Positions 29,081 to 39,896 are shown, counted from the stretch's first letter. The stretch: DNA of 64,000 nucleotides from Candidatus Kapaibacterium sp. (GCA_963665665.1 OY762428.1:3872001-3936000); one strand, 5' to 3'. The notes: a model not told the origin generated them from the letters alone. Numbers and translations: made by a program.

Positions 29081-31555
29081 ATGAAACCATTCCTTTACTT
29101 TTTTATTATCCTTATGTCTTCTGTACAATTAAGTGCTACGGCCCTGAGGTCCGGTATATTTCTGCATCATTCCACAGGCGCTAATATTTGGGGGCCCAAC
29201 GGATCGAACACAAGTATTCCGGCTGAACTTGAAGCATACAACAATACTAATGGCTATAGCGGTGATAAAACCTGTAGCATGGCTGAGCAGGGCTGGCCGG
29301 TAAATCCCTGGAACAACGAATGGGAACGCTGGCACAGGATATTTGATAATAACGACCCTGAAGCTGAGATAACAGATTTCCTTTCTTCATACGGAACGAT
29401 TGTTATTAAATCCTGCTACCCTTCATCGGCATTGGAAGAATGGGGCGAACCTTCAGATACCCTGACTCCTACAAAGAAAACGGTTTACAATTATAAATGG
29501 CACTGGAGAAATTTTATTCGAAAAATGGAAACCATGAGTTCGAATTTCTTTGCCGTATGGACTAATGCACCTCTTGTTGAAGCAGCTACTGATGATAATG
29601 CTGCTCTGTTATCGCATCAATTTTGTACCTGGGCAAAAGATACGCTTGCAACAGGCCTTGATATCCAATATGGTGAGTTCCCGGAAAATGTCTATATATT
29701 TGACTTTTTTCATAAACTTGCAGGCCCGGATTATAAACTAAGAAGTGATTATGCTGCAGGTACTAATGACAGCCACCCAAACGCTGCTGCTACGGAGCTT
29801 GTTGCCCCTCAATTTGTAACTGAAATATTTGATGCTGCTATAGAATATGAACAAAATTTTCTGAATGAGGCAGTCCCGGAACTTATATCTCCTTTGGATA
29901 ATTCCGAAGGTATCAGGCCGGATGTTACTTTCAGGTGGAAAGAATTTGATTTTGCAGAGAATTATCTTTTACAAGTGGCTACAGATGCTGATTTTAACAA
30001 TATTGTTTTTGAAAAATTAACTGACAGCACAGCTGTTAAAGCCCAAGGATTAGGATACAACAGATCCTATGTCTGGCGGGTTAAAGCAGTTTTTGGAATA
30101 CTAACCTCTGAGTTTTGCAAAGCCTGGACATTCCGAACAGCAGATTTTCCTCCGGATCAACCAGAGCTTCTTTACCCGGAGAACAGGGCGATAAATATTG
30201 AAACCAAACCTGTTTTCAGGTGGAAATCGCAGAGAAAAATCGATAAATATCATATTTATGTTGCTGAAGATATTTATTTCGATAATATAATATATTCAAG
30301 AATTGGTATAAGGGATACATTTATAGTACCACAGGAAGAACTCCTTAAATACAGGAAATATTATTGGTATATATCAGCATATAACGATGACGGCTTGTCG
30401 GTGGATAGTGAAATATTCGAATTTACAACAGGCGACCCGCTGCCAAACAAAGTTAAACTGATCAATCCACCCGACGAAAGCACTGATATATCTCCATTCG
30501 TTAAATTTGAATGGTACGAAGCCGGATATGCGGAACAATACAGAATAAATATCTTCAAAGACGATATTGTATTATTCATTAGCGATACCACTGATGTTTC
30601 AAATTATTCAACAGACTATCTTGAAACAAATTCGGTTTATTATTGGGGTGTTGCAGCAATAAATTCAACCGGTTTGGGCGAGGAATCTGAAATTTGGAAG
30701 TTTACCACAGGAACTGCCGTAGATCTGATACCAAGCTTTGACTGTATATCTGCTGATGATGATTGTGTGGAGCTGAATCATGAATTCAAATGGACAAAAA
30801 TATCTGATGCAAAAGAATATGAGATTGAAATATACTTCATGGATAATTATTCTAATCCGGTGATAAATGAGATAGTTGAAGATAATTCCTGGATAGTTTA
30901 TCCCATGATGAAGTCCGGCAGGGACTATTCTGTTCGGATCAGGACGATTTTTGAAAGCAGAACCGGGCCATGGAGTGATTTCCTGAATTTCAAAACAGTA
31001 ACTATTCCTGACAGGCCCGTAATTACATATCCTTTGAATAATTACAATGGGGTTAGCCCTGATCCTGTTTTTAAATGGACTGAATCAACCTGTGCAAAAG
31101 AATATTATGTCGAGATTGCTAAAGATATTGATTTTGCCGATTATTCATCTATTAGTTCAGAATCCAATACGGTTACACCTGAAAACCCTCTTGATGATGA
31201 AACCGAATATTTCCTGAGAGTTAAAGCTCAGAACAGTGCCGGGCAAAGCTCATGGAGCGAAATAGTAAAATTCAGAACCGGAACTAATTCTGTTTTTAAT
31301 TCTGATATTAATTGGGACTATATCTGTCCCAACCCGTTTGATGAAATCATTCTGTTGAAAGTTCCAGTGAGTAATAATCCTGTCAGGATAGATGTTGTTG
31401 ATATTAATGGTGTAAGCATTTACTGTAAGGAACATATTTCTAAAGAAGGTAAACTGGCAATTAATACCGCCGGGCTAAATATATCTTCGGGGCTGTATTA
31501 TATTCGTATTATTAACGGGGACAATATTCAAATCTTAAAAGCAATTAAGTTGTAA
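29081..31555 (+). CDS. T9SS cargo: putative SGNH-like N-terminal domain, five FnIII-like repeats, CTD
   Basis: FLHHSTG and DSHPN motifs; repeated P.L..P...F.W...Y.WRV..F.T units; CPNPF...GLYYIRI..KAIKL. Confidence 0.75.
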   Translation: MKPFLYFFIILMSSVQLSATALRSGIFLHHSTGANIWGPNGSNTSIPAELEAYNNTNGYSGDKTCSMAEQGWPVNPWNNEWERWHRIFDNNDPEAEITDFLSSYGTIVIKSCYPSSALEEWGEPSDTLTPTKKTVYNYKWHWRNFIRKMETMSSNFFAVWTNAPLVEAATDDNAALLSHQFCTWAKDTLATGLDIQYGEFPENVYIFDFFHKLAGPDYKLRSDYAAGTNDSHPNAAATELVAPQFVTEIFDAAIEYEQNFLNEAVPELISPLDNSEGIRPDVTFRWKEFDFAENYLLQVATDADFNNIVFEKLTDSTAVKAQGLGYNRSYVWRVKAVFGILTSEFCKAWTFRTADFPPDQPELLYPENRAINIETKPVFRWKSQRKIDKYHIYVAEDIYFDNIIYSRIGIRDTFIVPQEELLKYRKYYWYISAYNDDGLSVDSEIFEFTTGDPLPNKVKLINPPDESTDISPFVKFEWYEAGYAEQYRINIFKDDIVLFISDTTDVSNYSTDYLETNSVYYWGVAAINSTGLGEESEIWKFTTGTAVDLIPSFDCISADDDCVELNHEFKWTKISDAKEYEIEIYFMDNYSNPVINEIVEDNSWIVYPMMKSGRDYSVRIRTIFESRTGPWSDFLNFKTVTIPDRPVITYPLNNYNGVSPDPVFKWTESTCAKEYYVEIAKDIDFADYSSISSESNTVTPENPLDDETEYFLRVKAQNSAGQSSWSEIVKFRTGTNSVFNSDINWDYICPNPFDEIILLKVPVSNNPVRIDVVDINGVSIYCKEHISKEGKLAINTAGLNISSGLYYIRIINGDNIQILKAIKL

Positions 31556-31564
31556 TATTGTTCT

Positions 31565-32260
31565 TCAGGTTGATTTCTTTTTTATTCTGGTAATTATTTT
31601 TTCATCATTGAGTTCCCGGACAGCATCATTAACCGTCCAGCGGGCAGCCTTGCTTTCCGGATGTTCTTTTAGTATTGTGGCGCATAAATCCAGAGCTTTT
31701 GACCTAAGGTTCATGCTTCTCTTTCCAATTGAACGTATTGCCCAGTTAACAGCTTTTTTTACAAAATTCCTGCCGTCGCCGGCTTCCTTTATCAAATAGG
31801 GAAAAAACTGCTCGAACAAGCTGTCGTCTGACTTTTTATCATGAACTGAAAGGCAGGCCATCATTACAAAACCGGCTCTTTTAACAAATTCTTTTTCACT
31901 GCTCGTCCATTCAAAAGATTTTTGAATGGCTATCGGGGTTTTATCAAGAACAGTACTGCAGGCCTGATCGCAAATATCCCACGAGTAAAAATCATTCACC
32001 CATGCATCCATCTGTTCTTCATCAACTTGCTTGTAATCCTCGATAAAAATTGCAAGTATCTTCATTTCGTGAACAGGTGATTTCCATAATTCAGAAGCGA
32101 GCTGATGATTTCTGCCAATATCTTTTGCCATTTGCCTGAGAACCGGGATCTTAATACCGAGTGCATGTTCTGACCTGATACCAAAGCGAGCCATACCGGC
32201 AATATTTTTTTCATTTTTCAGCGGTTTTAGGTTTTCCAATATTTCATTGGATGTCAGCAT
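31565..32260 (-). CDS. DNA alkylation repair protein (AlkD-like HEAT-repeat glycosylase)
   Basis: GMARFGI, SWDICD, EFVKRAGF, RNFVKKAVNWAIRSIGKR. Confidence 0.85.
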   Translation of the reverse strand: MLTSNEILENLKPLKNEKNIAGMARFGIRSEHALGIKIPVLRQMAKDIGRNHQLASELWKSPVHEMKILAIFIEDYKQVDEEQMDAWVNDFYSWDICDQACSTVLDKTPIAIQKSFEWTSSEKEFVKRAGFVMMACLSVHDKKSDDSLFEQFFPYLIKEAGDGRNFVKKAVNWAIRSIGKRSMNLRSKALDLCATILKEHPESKAARWTVNDAVRELNDEKIITRIKKKST

Positions 32261-33339
32261 TATTTACCCTCGATAATTTTTAATATCATTTCCTGGAAAA
32301 TGAGCACGACACTGGGATTTGTGGTTTTAAATTTATTTTCAGCTTCTTCTATTGCAATTAAAGCGTTTTCTATTTCGCCGGGAGAATAATTTCTGAGGAC
32401 AGAGGTAAAATCCTTAAGGAAGAAATACGGAACGCCCACAGCTCTGGCAAGTTGGTATTGATTTTGTATAGTTGCCATTGCTTCGGGTAATTTAAACAGA
32501 GTCAGGAAATAATTATAAAGAACAGATATAATTATCATTTCGCTGTCAATTGTTATCATCAGGGATTCAAGAATTTTCAATGCTTCGGCAAGATCTTTTT
32601 TTCCGATAGCATTCCTGAGGTCGAAAGCATTGAATTCCCTGGAGGCACCGGCAACAAACTTAATATCTTCAACATTAACAATATCTCTGTCCTGAACATA
32701 CATCAATATTTTTTCTATTTCATTTTTCAGGTTAAACAGGCTGTTTCCGGTTTGTGCCATAAGATTCGATGCAGCTTCAATATTTGTATTTTTCCCTGCC
32801 ATACGAAATCTGGATATTATCCATTCAGGAATTTTATCATCCCAAAGTTTGGGGAATTCAATCCATTCTGCAAGTTGGATTATTTCATTGAACGGATATT
32901 TAGCAGCATCAATTTTTTTTTCCGCTTCCGACCTTTTTGCATTGTTGGAGTATAGGCGGGCCAGCCCTTTCAATTTCGGCAAATCGGCTGTCATTATCAG
33001 GTATGTTGATTTTTCAGGTGATTTCAGGTATTTCAGGAATCCGGCAGCTTCCTTTTCTGATTTTTTTGATTTTCTGCCAGTGAATAATTTGTCCAAATGT
33101 TTTGCCAGAACAACACGATTTTCACTCATAAAAGGATATGCCTGGCATTTATCTGTCAGGGTCATAATGTCAATTTCATTGCAGTCAACAGAGTCGAAAT
33201 TATATTCGGCCATTTCATTCGGTAATGTTGTTGTAACCGCTTTTCCGACTGCCTCTTCAATCAGGAAGCTTTCCTCTCCAAATATCAGAATTGTGTGAGG
33301 GAAGTTGTTTTTTTCAATATTATTCAGAGTATCGAGCAT
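32260..33339 (-). CDS. holA: DNA polymerase III subunit delta
   Basis: IFGEESFLI, YPFMSENRVV, LKNEIEKI, FNAFDL..AI. Confidence 0.85.
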   Translation of the reverse strand: MLDTLNNIEKNNFPHTILIFGEESFLIEEAVGKAVTTTLPNEMAEYNFDSVDCNEIDIMTLTDKCQAYPFMSENRVVLAKHLDKLFTGRKSKKSEKEAAGFLKYLKSPEKSTYLIMTADLPKLKGLARLYSNNAKRSEAEKKIDAAKYPFNEIIQLAEWIEFPKLWDDKIPEWIISRFRMAGKNTNIEAASNLMAQTGNSLFNLKNEIEKILMYVQDRDIVNVEDIKFVAGASREFNAFDLRNAIGKKDLAEALKILESLMITIDSEMIIISVLYNYFLTLFKLPEAMATIQNQYQLARAVGVPYFFLKDFTSVLRNYSPGEIENALIAIEEAENKFKTTNPSVVLIFQEMILKIIEGK

Positions 33340-33345
33340 ATAAAT

Positions 33346-33741
33346 TTATTTTGCCTGCAATAAAGTATTAAGTATTTTTTGAATTTTCTCAAGAATAATA
33401 TCAGAATCTGATGATTTGAGAATATAGTCCATTATTCCAAGTCCTGATAGCTTTATGATCAAAGCCGGATCGCTCATGGCTGAACAGGCTACAACAGGAA
33501 CCTTTCTGGTTGACTTGTGGCTTCGAAGTATTTCCAGGGCTGTCAGGCCATCCATCAAAGGCATTTGCATATCCAGCATAATCAGGTCAGGAAGAGAATC
33601 TTTAATAGCATCAAACATCTGTTTGGGATTGTTAACTGAGTCAACATGACAATTGAATTTCTTCCTGATCAAAGTAGCAAAAAACTTTCTGTAAGTTTCT
33701 TCATCATCACATATCAATATTTTTAATCCTGAAAAATCCAT
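33346..33741 (-). CDS. Single-domain response regulator (receiver)
   Basis: ILICDDE, LDMQMPLMDG phosphoacceptor Asp, DYILK. Confidence 0.88.
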   Translation of the reverse strand: MDFSGLKILICDDEETYRKFFATLIRKKFNCHVDSVNNPKQMFDAIKDSLPDLIMLDMQMPLMDGLTALEILRSHKSTRKVPVVACSAMSDPALIIKLSGLGIMDYILKSSDSDIILEKIQKILNTLLQAK

Positions 33742-33754
33742 TATTTACCTGAGA

Positions 33755-34693
33755 CTATTTTACAACTAAAATTTTATGAGGAATTTGCCCTGCTTCAGCA
33801 AATTTCAGAAGCATCTTTTTCATACTTCCGCTGATTTCCTCACCCTTTGCAGCAATCAGCATACCAAATGAAGTATAATAATCCTCAGCGAAAACCATCC
33901 CGCTGTCAACTTTATTTACCGGAACTCTCATCAGGTTCTTCCTTCCGAGATTTAATCTTTCGTAGTACATTATATGTGTAAAAGAATCAACTATTTTCTG
34001 GTTGAAAAGTATTTTTTTCTTTGAATGAATGTAATTCATCACTGAAGCATATTTTTTTTCGTTTGCTTCTACCATATTACCCTTGCTGTTTAGCTTAATA
34101 CTTGGAGTAGGGGTTAAAGTTTTATCACGTTTAATATGATGCATAGAACTATGATAGTAATCAACAACTGAAATTATCTGTGCCATCGGATGAATTTTAT
34201 CTTCTTTTAGGTGATTTGGGAAGCCTGAGCCATCCTGTTTCTCGTGATGCTGATAGACTACTTCGGCAATATCAGCAAACCCTTCGTGCTTCCTGAGAAT
34301 TTCACGGCCCAGGCGGCAATGTTTTGTGTAAAGGTCATAATCCCTGGGATTCATTGCCTGGTGATGCTTGGATAAAAGAAGGTCGCTGAAACCCAACTTG
34401 CCTATATCATGAAGAAGCCCTGCCGTGTGAATTGTAAATACATCCACTTCATTCATGCCCAGATCTTTTGCCACAGCCGCAGATTTATCAGCTACAAACC
34501 TTGAATGGCTACCCTCATAATATCGTTCAAGCAAAATCACAACAGCTCCGAGCAGATCAATTGTTTGTGAAAAATGCTCTGCCATACGTCCGGCAATATC
34601 ATCAACAAGAGCTTCAAGTTTACGGTTCTGCTCAGCTATTTCTGCACTTCCAGCCAGTGGATTAGTTTTTATTTTTTTGGTCTTGTCTTCCAT
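33755..34693 (-). CDS. HD-GYP-like phosphohydrolase
   Basis: HSRFVA, LLHDIGK, HHEKQDGSGFP. Confidence 0.82.
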   Translation of the reverse strand: MEDKTKKIKTNPLAGSAEIAEQNRKLEALVDDIAGRMAEHFSQTIDLLGAVVILLERYYEGSHSRFVADKSAAVAKDLGMNEVDVFTIHTAGLLHDIGKLGFSDLLLSKHHQAMNPRDYDLYTKHCRLGREILRKHEGFADIAEVVYQHHEKQDGSGFPNHLKEDKIHPMAQIISVVDYYHSSMHHIKRDKTLTPTPSIKLNSKGNMVEANEKKYASVMNYIHSKKKILFNQKIVDSFTHIMYYERLNLGRKNLMRVPVNKVDSGMVFAEDYYTSFGMLIAAKGEEISGSMKKMLLKFAEAGQIPHKILVVK

Positions 34694-34910
34694 TCATGCT
34701 CGCCTGATTTACAAATTATTCACAAGGATATAAACGTGAAATAAATTAAATAAAATTTTTAATATATCACAATGATTATGTTCTTTATTTGATTTTCTTT
34801 GTGAGAAAATCTGAACCTATTGGATACAATGTATCAAAATGATGTTTCGTGTGTAATTATAGTACGGCTGTCAGTAAAGGGAATATATTCTATAAAAGTC
34901 GGGAATCGAA

Positions 34911-37160
34911 ATGAAAAACATAATAATACTTCTTCTGATTTTTGCTTCTGCAGAGCTATTGGCGCAAAAAGATACGGAATTCTGGTTTGCAGCGCCTGAA
35001 ATTACAGGCGGGCACGGCGACGACCCGATTTATCTTACTGTTATGACTTTCGATGAAGATGCTGAAGTTGAAATCGATTTTCCGGCTAACAATGTGTTCA
35101 ATCCACTTAAATTTAATATTGCTAAGAATTCTTCCAGATCGATTAATATGACTTCTTATAAAAATTTTCTTGAACACAATGCAAATGACGCCGTTATGAA
35201 CAACGGGCTGCATATTACTTCCGATAACGACATTTCCTGCTATTACGAAGTAAACGGTGTAAATTTTTTCAGAGTTGTAATTAATTCGGATATTTTCTCT
35301 CTGAAAGGACGTAATGCCCTTGGACTGGATTTTATAATTCCGGGGCAGAGTGTATTCAGCAACAGCCTTGATTATAGTCCGGTTCCAAGAAACCGGGTAA
35401 TAATTGTTGCAACCGAAAACAACACCACTGTAGAACTTTTACCGTCAGCCGATTGCATGGGGCATAGTGCAGGTGTGAAATTTACTGTTGTTTTGCAAAA
35501 AGGCCAGACCTATTCGCTGAATGCTAAGAACAGCCAGGCCGGCCAGCACCTTGACGGGACAATTATCAGCAGCGACAAACCAATAGCAATTACAGTATCT
35601 GACGATTCAATTTACAGTTCATCACATCCCTGCAAAGATATGACCGGCGACCAGATAATACCTGTAAGTAAGGCTGGTAATAAATTTATTGCTATCCGTG
35701 GGGATCTCGACGGAGATATGGAACAGATATGTATTACAGCTACCGAAGATGATACTGAAATATATATTGGCGGCAATACTGTTCCTTACGATACAATTCA
35801 AAAGGCAGAAACTATTTGTATGACTTATGGAAGCAAAGCGCTTTTGATAGAAACAAGTAAGCCGGCCCTGACCTGGCAGATTACCGGCCATTCCTGCGAG
35901 ATGGGTGCTTCTCTACTTCCGCCGCTTGGGTGTACAGGTTCGCAAAGGGTGGTTGTAAACCGCCGGGATGCTGATTATTTTGCCGTAGCGATACTTACAG
36001 AGAACGGAAACCAAAATAATTTTACTCATAGCGGAATGCCAGGACTAATTGATGCCAATGATTTTCATGAAGTTGACGGCAGCAACGGGCAGTGGCTTTA
36101 CGCCCTGATTGATCTTTCCAATGGGATTTCAAAGAATAGCGAGTTTTCTGTTTCGAACAAGTCAGGATTGTTTCATTTGGGCGTGATAGCCGGTGAAGCT
36201 AACGACGCAACAAAATATGGCTATTTTTCAAATTTTGCAGCTATCGATGTCAATATTAGTACTAATGCTCCCGTTTGCGAGGGCGATACACTTGTTTTAG
36301 AAGCTGATGAACACGAGAATGCTTCTTATAAATGGACAGCTCCGAACGGTGATATATTTTCCGGAAATATCATAGCCATACCCAATGTTGATCTTGAATA
36401 TGAAGGTGTTTTCAGCCTTACTGTCAGCCTGGATGATTACCCGGAATGCGAATTTGACTATATCAGGAACATCGAACTTTACCCCACATTGAAATATAAA
36501 ATTTCCTCCGGCGATACATTGATTGCTCCGTCGCAGGCTGTTTCAGGCCATGTTTTTAAATTTTACAGCGATAGTTCGGATATTCCTTTCAAACTGGATA
36601 AGGTCAGCTTTAATATTGAGTATGATGCCGAATCATTTTTTCTTGAAAGCAGCGAGCCTGGCTTTAATAACTTTTATTATCAGAACGGCAAAGTAGTTCT
36701 GAACTATTCATGGAATGATTTTGTTATTGATGATACTGTTATTGATTTCCTGAGGCTTAACGGAAAGGTTATGCTTGGCGGTACAAAAAATCTGAAATTC
36801 GAGATTTCTGATTTTAATAAAGAAGCTGAAGGATGTGTATTTATAAATATTGAGCCCGGACAAATTATTAAGGATGTATGCTTTTACGATGGACGCCAGG
36901 TAATTATTTTCGATGAGCAGTATGTAAATATTTTCCCCAATCCTGTAAATGAAGAGATAAATTTGAAATTTAACTCCGGCCATGAAGATATTGAAATTGA
37001 ATTATGCAATACTTTAGGTGATGTGATATACAAATCCTTCGCTGAAAAAAATATTGAGAATATAATGATACCAGTTGATGAATTTAGCTCGGGTGTATAT
37101 TATATAAGGGTGCATAGCCCGACTTTCTATCATTGCAGAAAAATTGTTATTGTAAGATAG
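34911..37160 (+). CDS. T9SS cargo with IgGFc-binding-protein N-terminal domain
   Basis: DTEFWFAAP, GLHITSD..ISCYYE, NALGLDF, SDKPIAI, GDQIIP, YGYFSNF; IFPNPV...SGVYY..KIVIVR. Confidence 0.8.
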   Translation: MKNIIILLLIFASAELLAQKDTEFWFAAPEITGGHGDDPIYLTVMTFDEDAEVEIDFPANNVFNPLKFNIAKNSSRSINMTSYKNFLEHNANDAVMNNGLHITSDNDISCYYEVNGVNFFRVVINSDIFSLKGRNALGLDFIIPGQSVFSNSLDYSPVPRNRVIIVATENNTTVELLPSADCMGHSAGVKFTVVLQKGQTYSLNAKNSQAGQHLDGTIISSDKPIAITVSDDSIYSSSHPCKDMTGDQIIPVSKAGNKFIAIRGDLDGDMEQICITATEDDTEIYIGGNTVPYDTIQKAETICMTYGSKALLIETSKPALTWQITGHSCEMGASLLPPLGCTGSQRVVVNRRDADYFAVAILTENGNQNNFTHSGMPGLIDANDFHEVDGSNGQWLYALIDLSNGISKNSEFSVSNKSGLFHLGVIAGEANDATKYGYFSNFAAIDVNISTNAPVCEGDTLVLEADEHENASYKWTAPNGDIFSGNIIAIPNVDLEYEGVFSLTVSLDDYPECEFDYIRNIELYPTLKYKISSGDTLIAPSQAVSGHVFKFYSDSSDIPFKLDKVSFNIEYDAESFFLESSEPGFNNFYYQNGKVVLNYSWNDFVIDDTVIDFLRLNGKVMLGGTKNLKFEISDFNKEAEGCVFINIEPGQIIKDVCFYDGRQVIIFDEQYVNIFPNPVNEEINLKFNSGHEDIEIELCNTLGDVIYKSFAEKNIENIMIPVDEFSSGVYYIRVHSPTFYHCRKIVIVR

Positions 37161-37281
37161 ATTTCAATATTTTGATCTATAACAAATTCAAATCAATTAT
37201 TCCGAAAATCATACTAACCAGCGAATGGACTGAAAAATATATTGTTTATTTGAAATATGGATTTTTTTGCAGTTATAGTTA

Positions 37282-38220
37282 TTAATATAAAGGCCGCACA
37301 GGGATCTTTGATAATACAGAAGCCCTTTCGTATTCTACAAGGATTTCCTGTTTCATCACTTCAATAACGCTGTCGGGGGAGAGGATGTCGTTTTCACGGC
37401 TTATGGAACTAATTACCTCGTTGGCAAGGTAAAGTTGGGGCTGCATTACTTCCATCGACCATTTCTTGTAATCACTTTCCATCGAGAACCATTCGGCAAG
37501 AGCTACAATTGCTGTAAGCAGCTGCATTGTGTCTCCGTCTGTTTTATCTTTTTCGTTGTCAGATTCGGCATTTGCAACATCAACATAACTGTCGTGATGA
37601 TGAAGAATTGCCTGGCAAATATTTTCCGGGAGGTTCCACTTGCTTGCAAGCCAATGGCCTATCTCGCCGTGAGTACAGTTCAGTATTTTTAGTTCCGCTT
37701 CCTTCAGCGGGATACCTGTTTGTTTTTGCATTTCGGTAATTCTGACAAATTTATCAGTGAAATAACCGATAAGTATCAAAATACCAATATCATGCATCAG
37801 CCCCGATACAAATGCTTCGCCAGCCAGCCTGTAGCCAAGTTTTCTGGCAAGCACCCTGGAAGCGGCACCCGAATAAATAGAATACTGCCAGAATGAATTA
37901 ATGTCGAAAATATCCTTTCTTACTTTCGAAAAAAGCCTCTGGACTATCAGGCTAAGAACAATTTCTTTTATTGCTTCAAGGCCGAGCACAACAACAGCAA
38001 GATCGATTGTTGATATTCTCCGGACAAAGCCATAAAACGGAGAGTTAGCAACTTTCAGAACCCTTGCGGTAAGTGTCTGGTCACGCTCAATAAGTTCTGC
38101 AAGGCTTCCGGCGCTTGCATCAGGATTTTCCAATGAATTAAGAACTTCAGAAATAATATAGGGTATTGTGGGTAATTCCCTGACAGATTCTAATTTTCTG
38201 AGAACGGATCTGTCAAGCAT
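37282..38220 (-). CDS. HDOD domain protein
   Basis: ELPTIP, DQTLTARVLKVANSPFYG, AVVVLG, GLMHDIG, HGEIG..LA.KWNLP. Confidence 0.9.
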   Translation of the reverse strand: MLDRSVLRKLESVRELPTIPYIISEVLNSLENPDASAGSLAELIERDQTLTARVLKVANSPFYGFVRRISTIDLAVVVLGLEAIKEIVLSLIVQRLFSKVRKDIFDINSFWQYSIYSGAASRVLARKLGYRLAGEAFVSGLMHDIGILILIGYFTDKFVRITEMQKQTGIPLKEAELKILNCTHGEIGHWLASKWNLPENICQAILHHHDSYVDVANAESDNEKDKTDGDTMQLLTAIVALAEWFSMESDYKKWSMEVMQPQLYLANEVISSISRENDILSPDSVIEVMKQEILVEYERASVLSKIPVRPLY

Positions 38221-38992
38221 TATCGAACTCGTTAAGTTTTTTTCTCAGGTCTTTGATCACCTGTGTATGTATCTGGCAAATTCTGCTTTCGGATACATTT
38301 AGTACCGAACCGATTTCCTTGAATGTCAGGCTTTCATAATAATAAAGCATCATAACCATTTTTTTCTTGTGGGGAAGGATTTCAAGGAAAGAAGTGATAT
38401 AGTCAACCCTTTCTTCATTTTCCATAACCGTCAGGAAGGATTCCTGGTCAATATCCGGCAATTCATCCAGGGTATCGCGTTCTTCTTCGTCGCTGTTCTT
38501 TTGTGTTTGAGTATCGTAAAGGGATATCGATGCCCGTGCGGCAGCCGCAGCGGAAAGGTAAGTCTGGTATTGTTCCGGGGTAACATCAAGCTTTTCCATT
38601 ATTTCATAGGATGAAGCTTCCCGCCCCTGTTGGCTTCTTAATTGGTCTGTTGCATGAAGATAATCCTGTGCTTTCTTTCTGGCAGTGCGGGAAAGCCAGT
38701 CCAGTCTTCTGAGTTCATCCTGTATAGTTCCCCTTATACGTGGAATAGCATAGGACTCGAATTTGACGCCTCTTTCAGGGTCGAATCTAAGGATTGCTTC
38801 GTGAAGGCCAAGAATACCAATATTCAGGAAATCCTCGTCGGTTAAAATTGAATTAGTTGGTAGATTCATCTGATTCAGGACATACTTAACCAGCCAGATA
38901 TAATTTATTAATATCTTGTGTTTAGTATCAATTGATTGTGTTTCTTTAAATTCCTGCCAAAGATCCAGAATTTCTGTTTTTACTGCCTGCAT
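38213..38992 (-). CDS. fliA: RNA polymerase sigma-28 FliA/WhiG
   Basis: FDPERGVKFESYA.PRIRG.I.DELR.LDW, YYYESLTFKEIG.VL.VSESRICQIH. Confidence 0.92.
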   Translation of the reverse strand: MQAVKTEILDLWQEFKETQSIDTKHKILINYIWLVKYVLNQMNLPTNSILTDEDFLNIGILGLHEAILRFDPERGVKFESYAIPRIRGTIQDELRRLDWLSRTARKKAQDYLHATDQLRSQQGREASSYEIMEKLDVTPEQYQTYLSAAAAARASISLYDTQTQKNSDEEERDTLDELPDIDQESFLTVMENEERVDYITSFLEILPHKKKMVMMLYYYESLTFKEIGSVLNVSESRICQIHTQVIKDLRKKLNEFDNA

Positions 38993-39125
38993 ACATCCGC
39001 CCGGTAAATTATCTTATGGTAAATGACGATGATATTCTAATTATTATTTTTCATTACCTTCGAAACCCGTCACATCTAAATAAAATGAAAATGCTCCATT
39101 TATGCAAGAAAAAAATTAATTTTTA

Positions 39126-39896
39126 TTAAGCCGGTGGTGCCGGGATGTCAAATTCATCCTCTTTCGGCGGAGCCGGGGCCTGGGGAGCCATCGGTTCCAT
39201 CGGCATATCCGGGATTTCCGGTATCTCCGGTAGTTCAGGTATTTCCGGAGCTTTTTCCAACTCCATGCCTTCGGTGTCGGTTTCTAACTCTTCCTGAACA
39301 AAATTATTAAGGAATTCGCTGTCTGGTATAGGAGTTTTATCTTCATCGTCGAAGTCAGGCAGGCCAGCATCGGCCAGTCCTTCGTCTATTGAAGAATCCA
39401 TAACATCGGCAGAATCATCGAAATCTGATTCGCTTTGGGTTTTTCTTTTTCTTTCCTGAATTACCTGTTCAAGTTTCGCGTATTCCTCTTCTTTTTTCTT
39501 CATTTCTTCAATTCTTTTCTCTTCTTCTTCTTTTTCCAACTGTTCCTTGACTTTAATGCGGTCTTCACTAATAATATAGAAGATTGTTACCATAATTATT
39601 CCTCCGCCGAGGTATATCATAGTAAATGTAAGGAATGAAATAAGCACAGATTCGTGAACAGCTTTGTCACTTCCGAAGTACAAAATTATAAATACCAGGC
39701 AACTAATAAGAAGTGATACCTGTGTCAGGAGCTTAAAAGGAAAGTTTATTACATTATTAATTTTCTTTTCTTCTTTGGCGATTCTTTTTTTCTTTCTTTT
39801 AGATTTCAGTTTTTGTTGTTTCGCCTCGAATTTTGCCTGTTTTTTTCTTTCCTTTTCCTGAATTTCTTCAGCTTTTGTTTTTTTCTTTTTAGCCAT
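39126..39896 (-). CDS. Hypothetical two-TM membrane protein with basic N-terminus and acidic/Pro-rich tail
   Basis: Lys-rich start, two hydrophobic helices, coiled coil, PEIPELPEIPEIPD repeats; between flhG and fliA. Confidence 0.75.
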   Translation of the reverse strand: MAKKKKTKAEEIQEKERKKQAKFEAKQQKLKSKRKKKRIAKEEKKINNVINFPFKLLTQVSLLISCLVFIILYFGSDKAVHESVLISFLTFTMIYLGGGIIMVTIFYIISEDRIKVKEQLEKEEEEKRIEEMKKKEEEYAKLEQVIQERKRKTQSESDFDDSADVMDSSIDEGLADAGLPDFDDEDKTPIPDSEFLNNFVQEELETDTEGMELEKAPEIPELPEIPEIPDMPMEPMAPQAPAPPKEDEFDIPAPPA

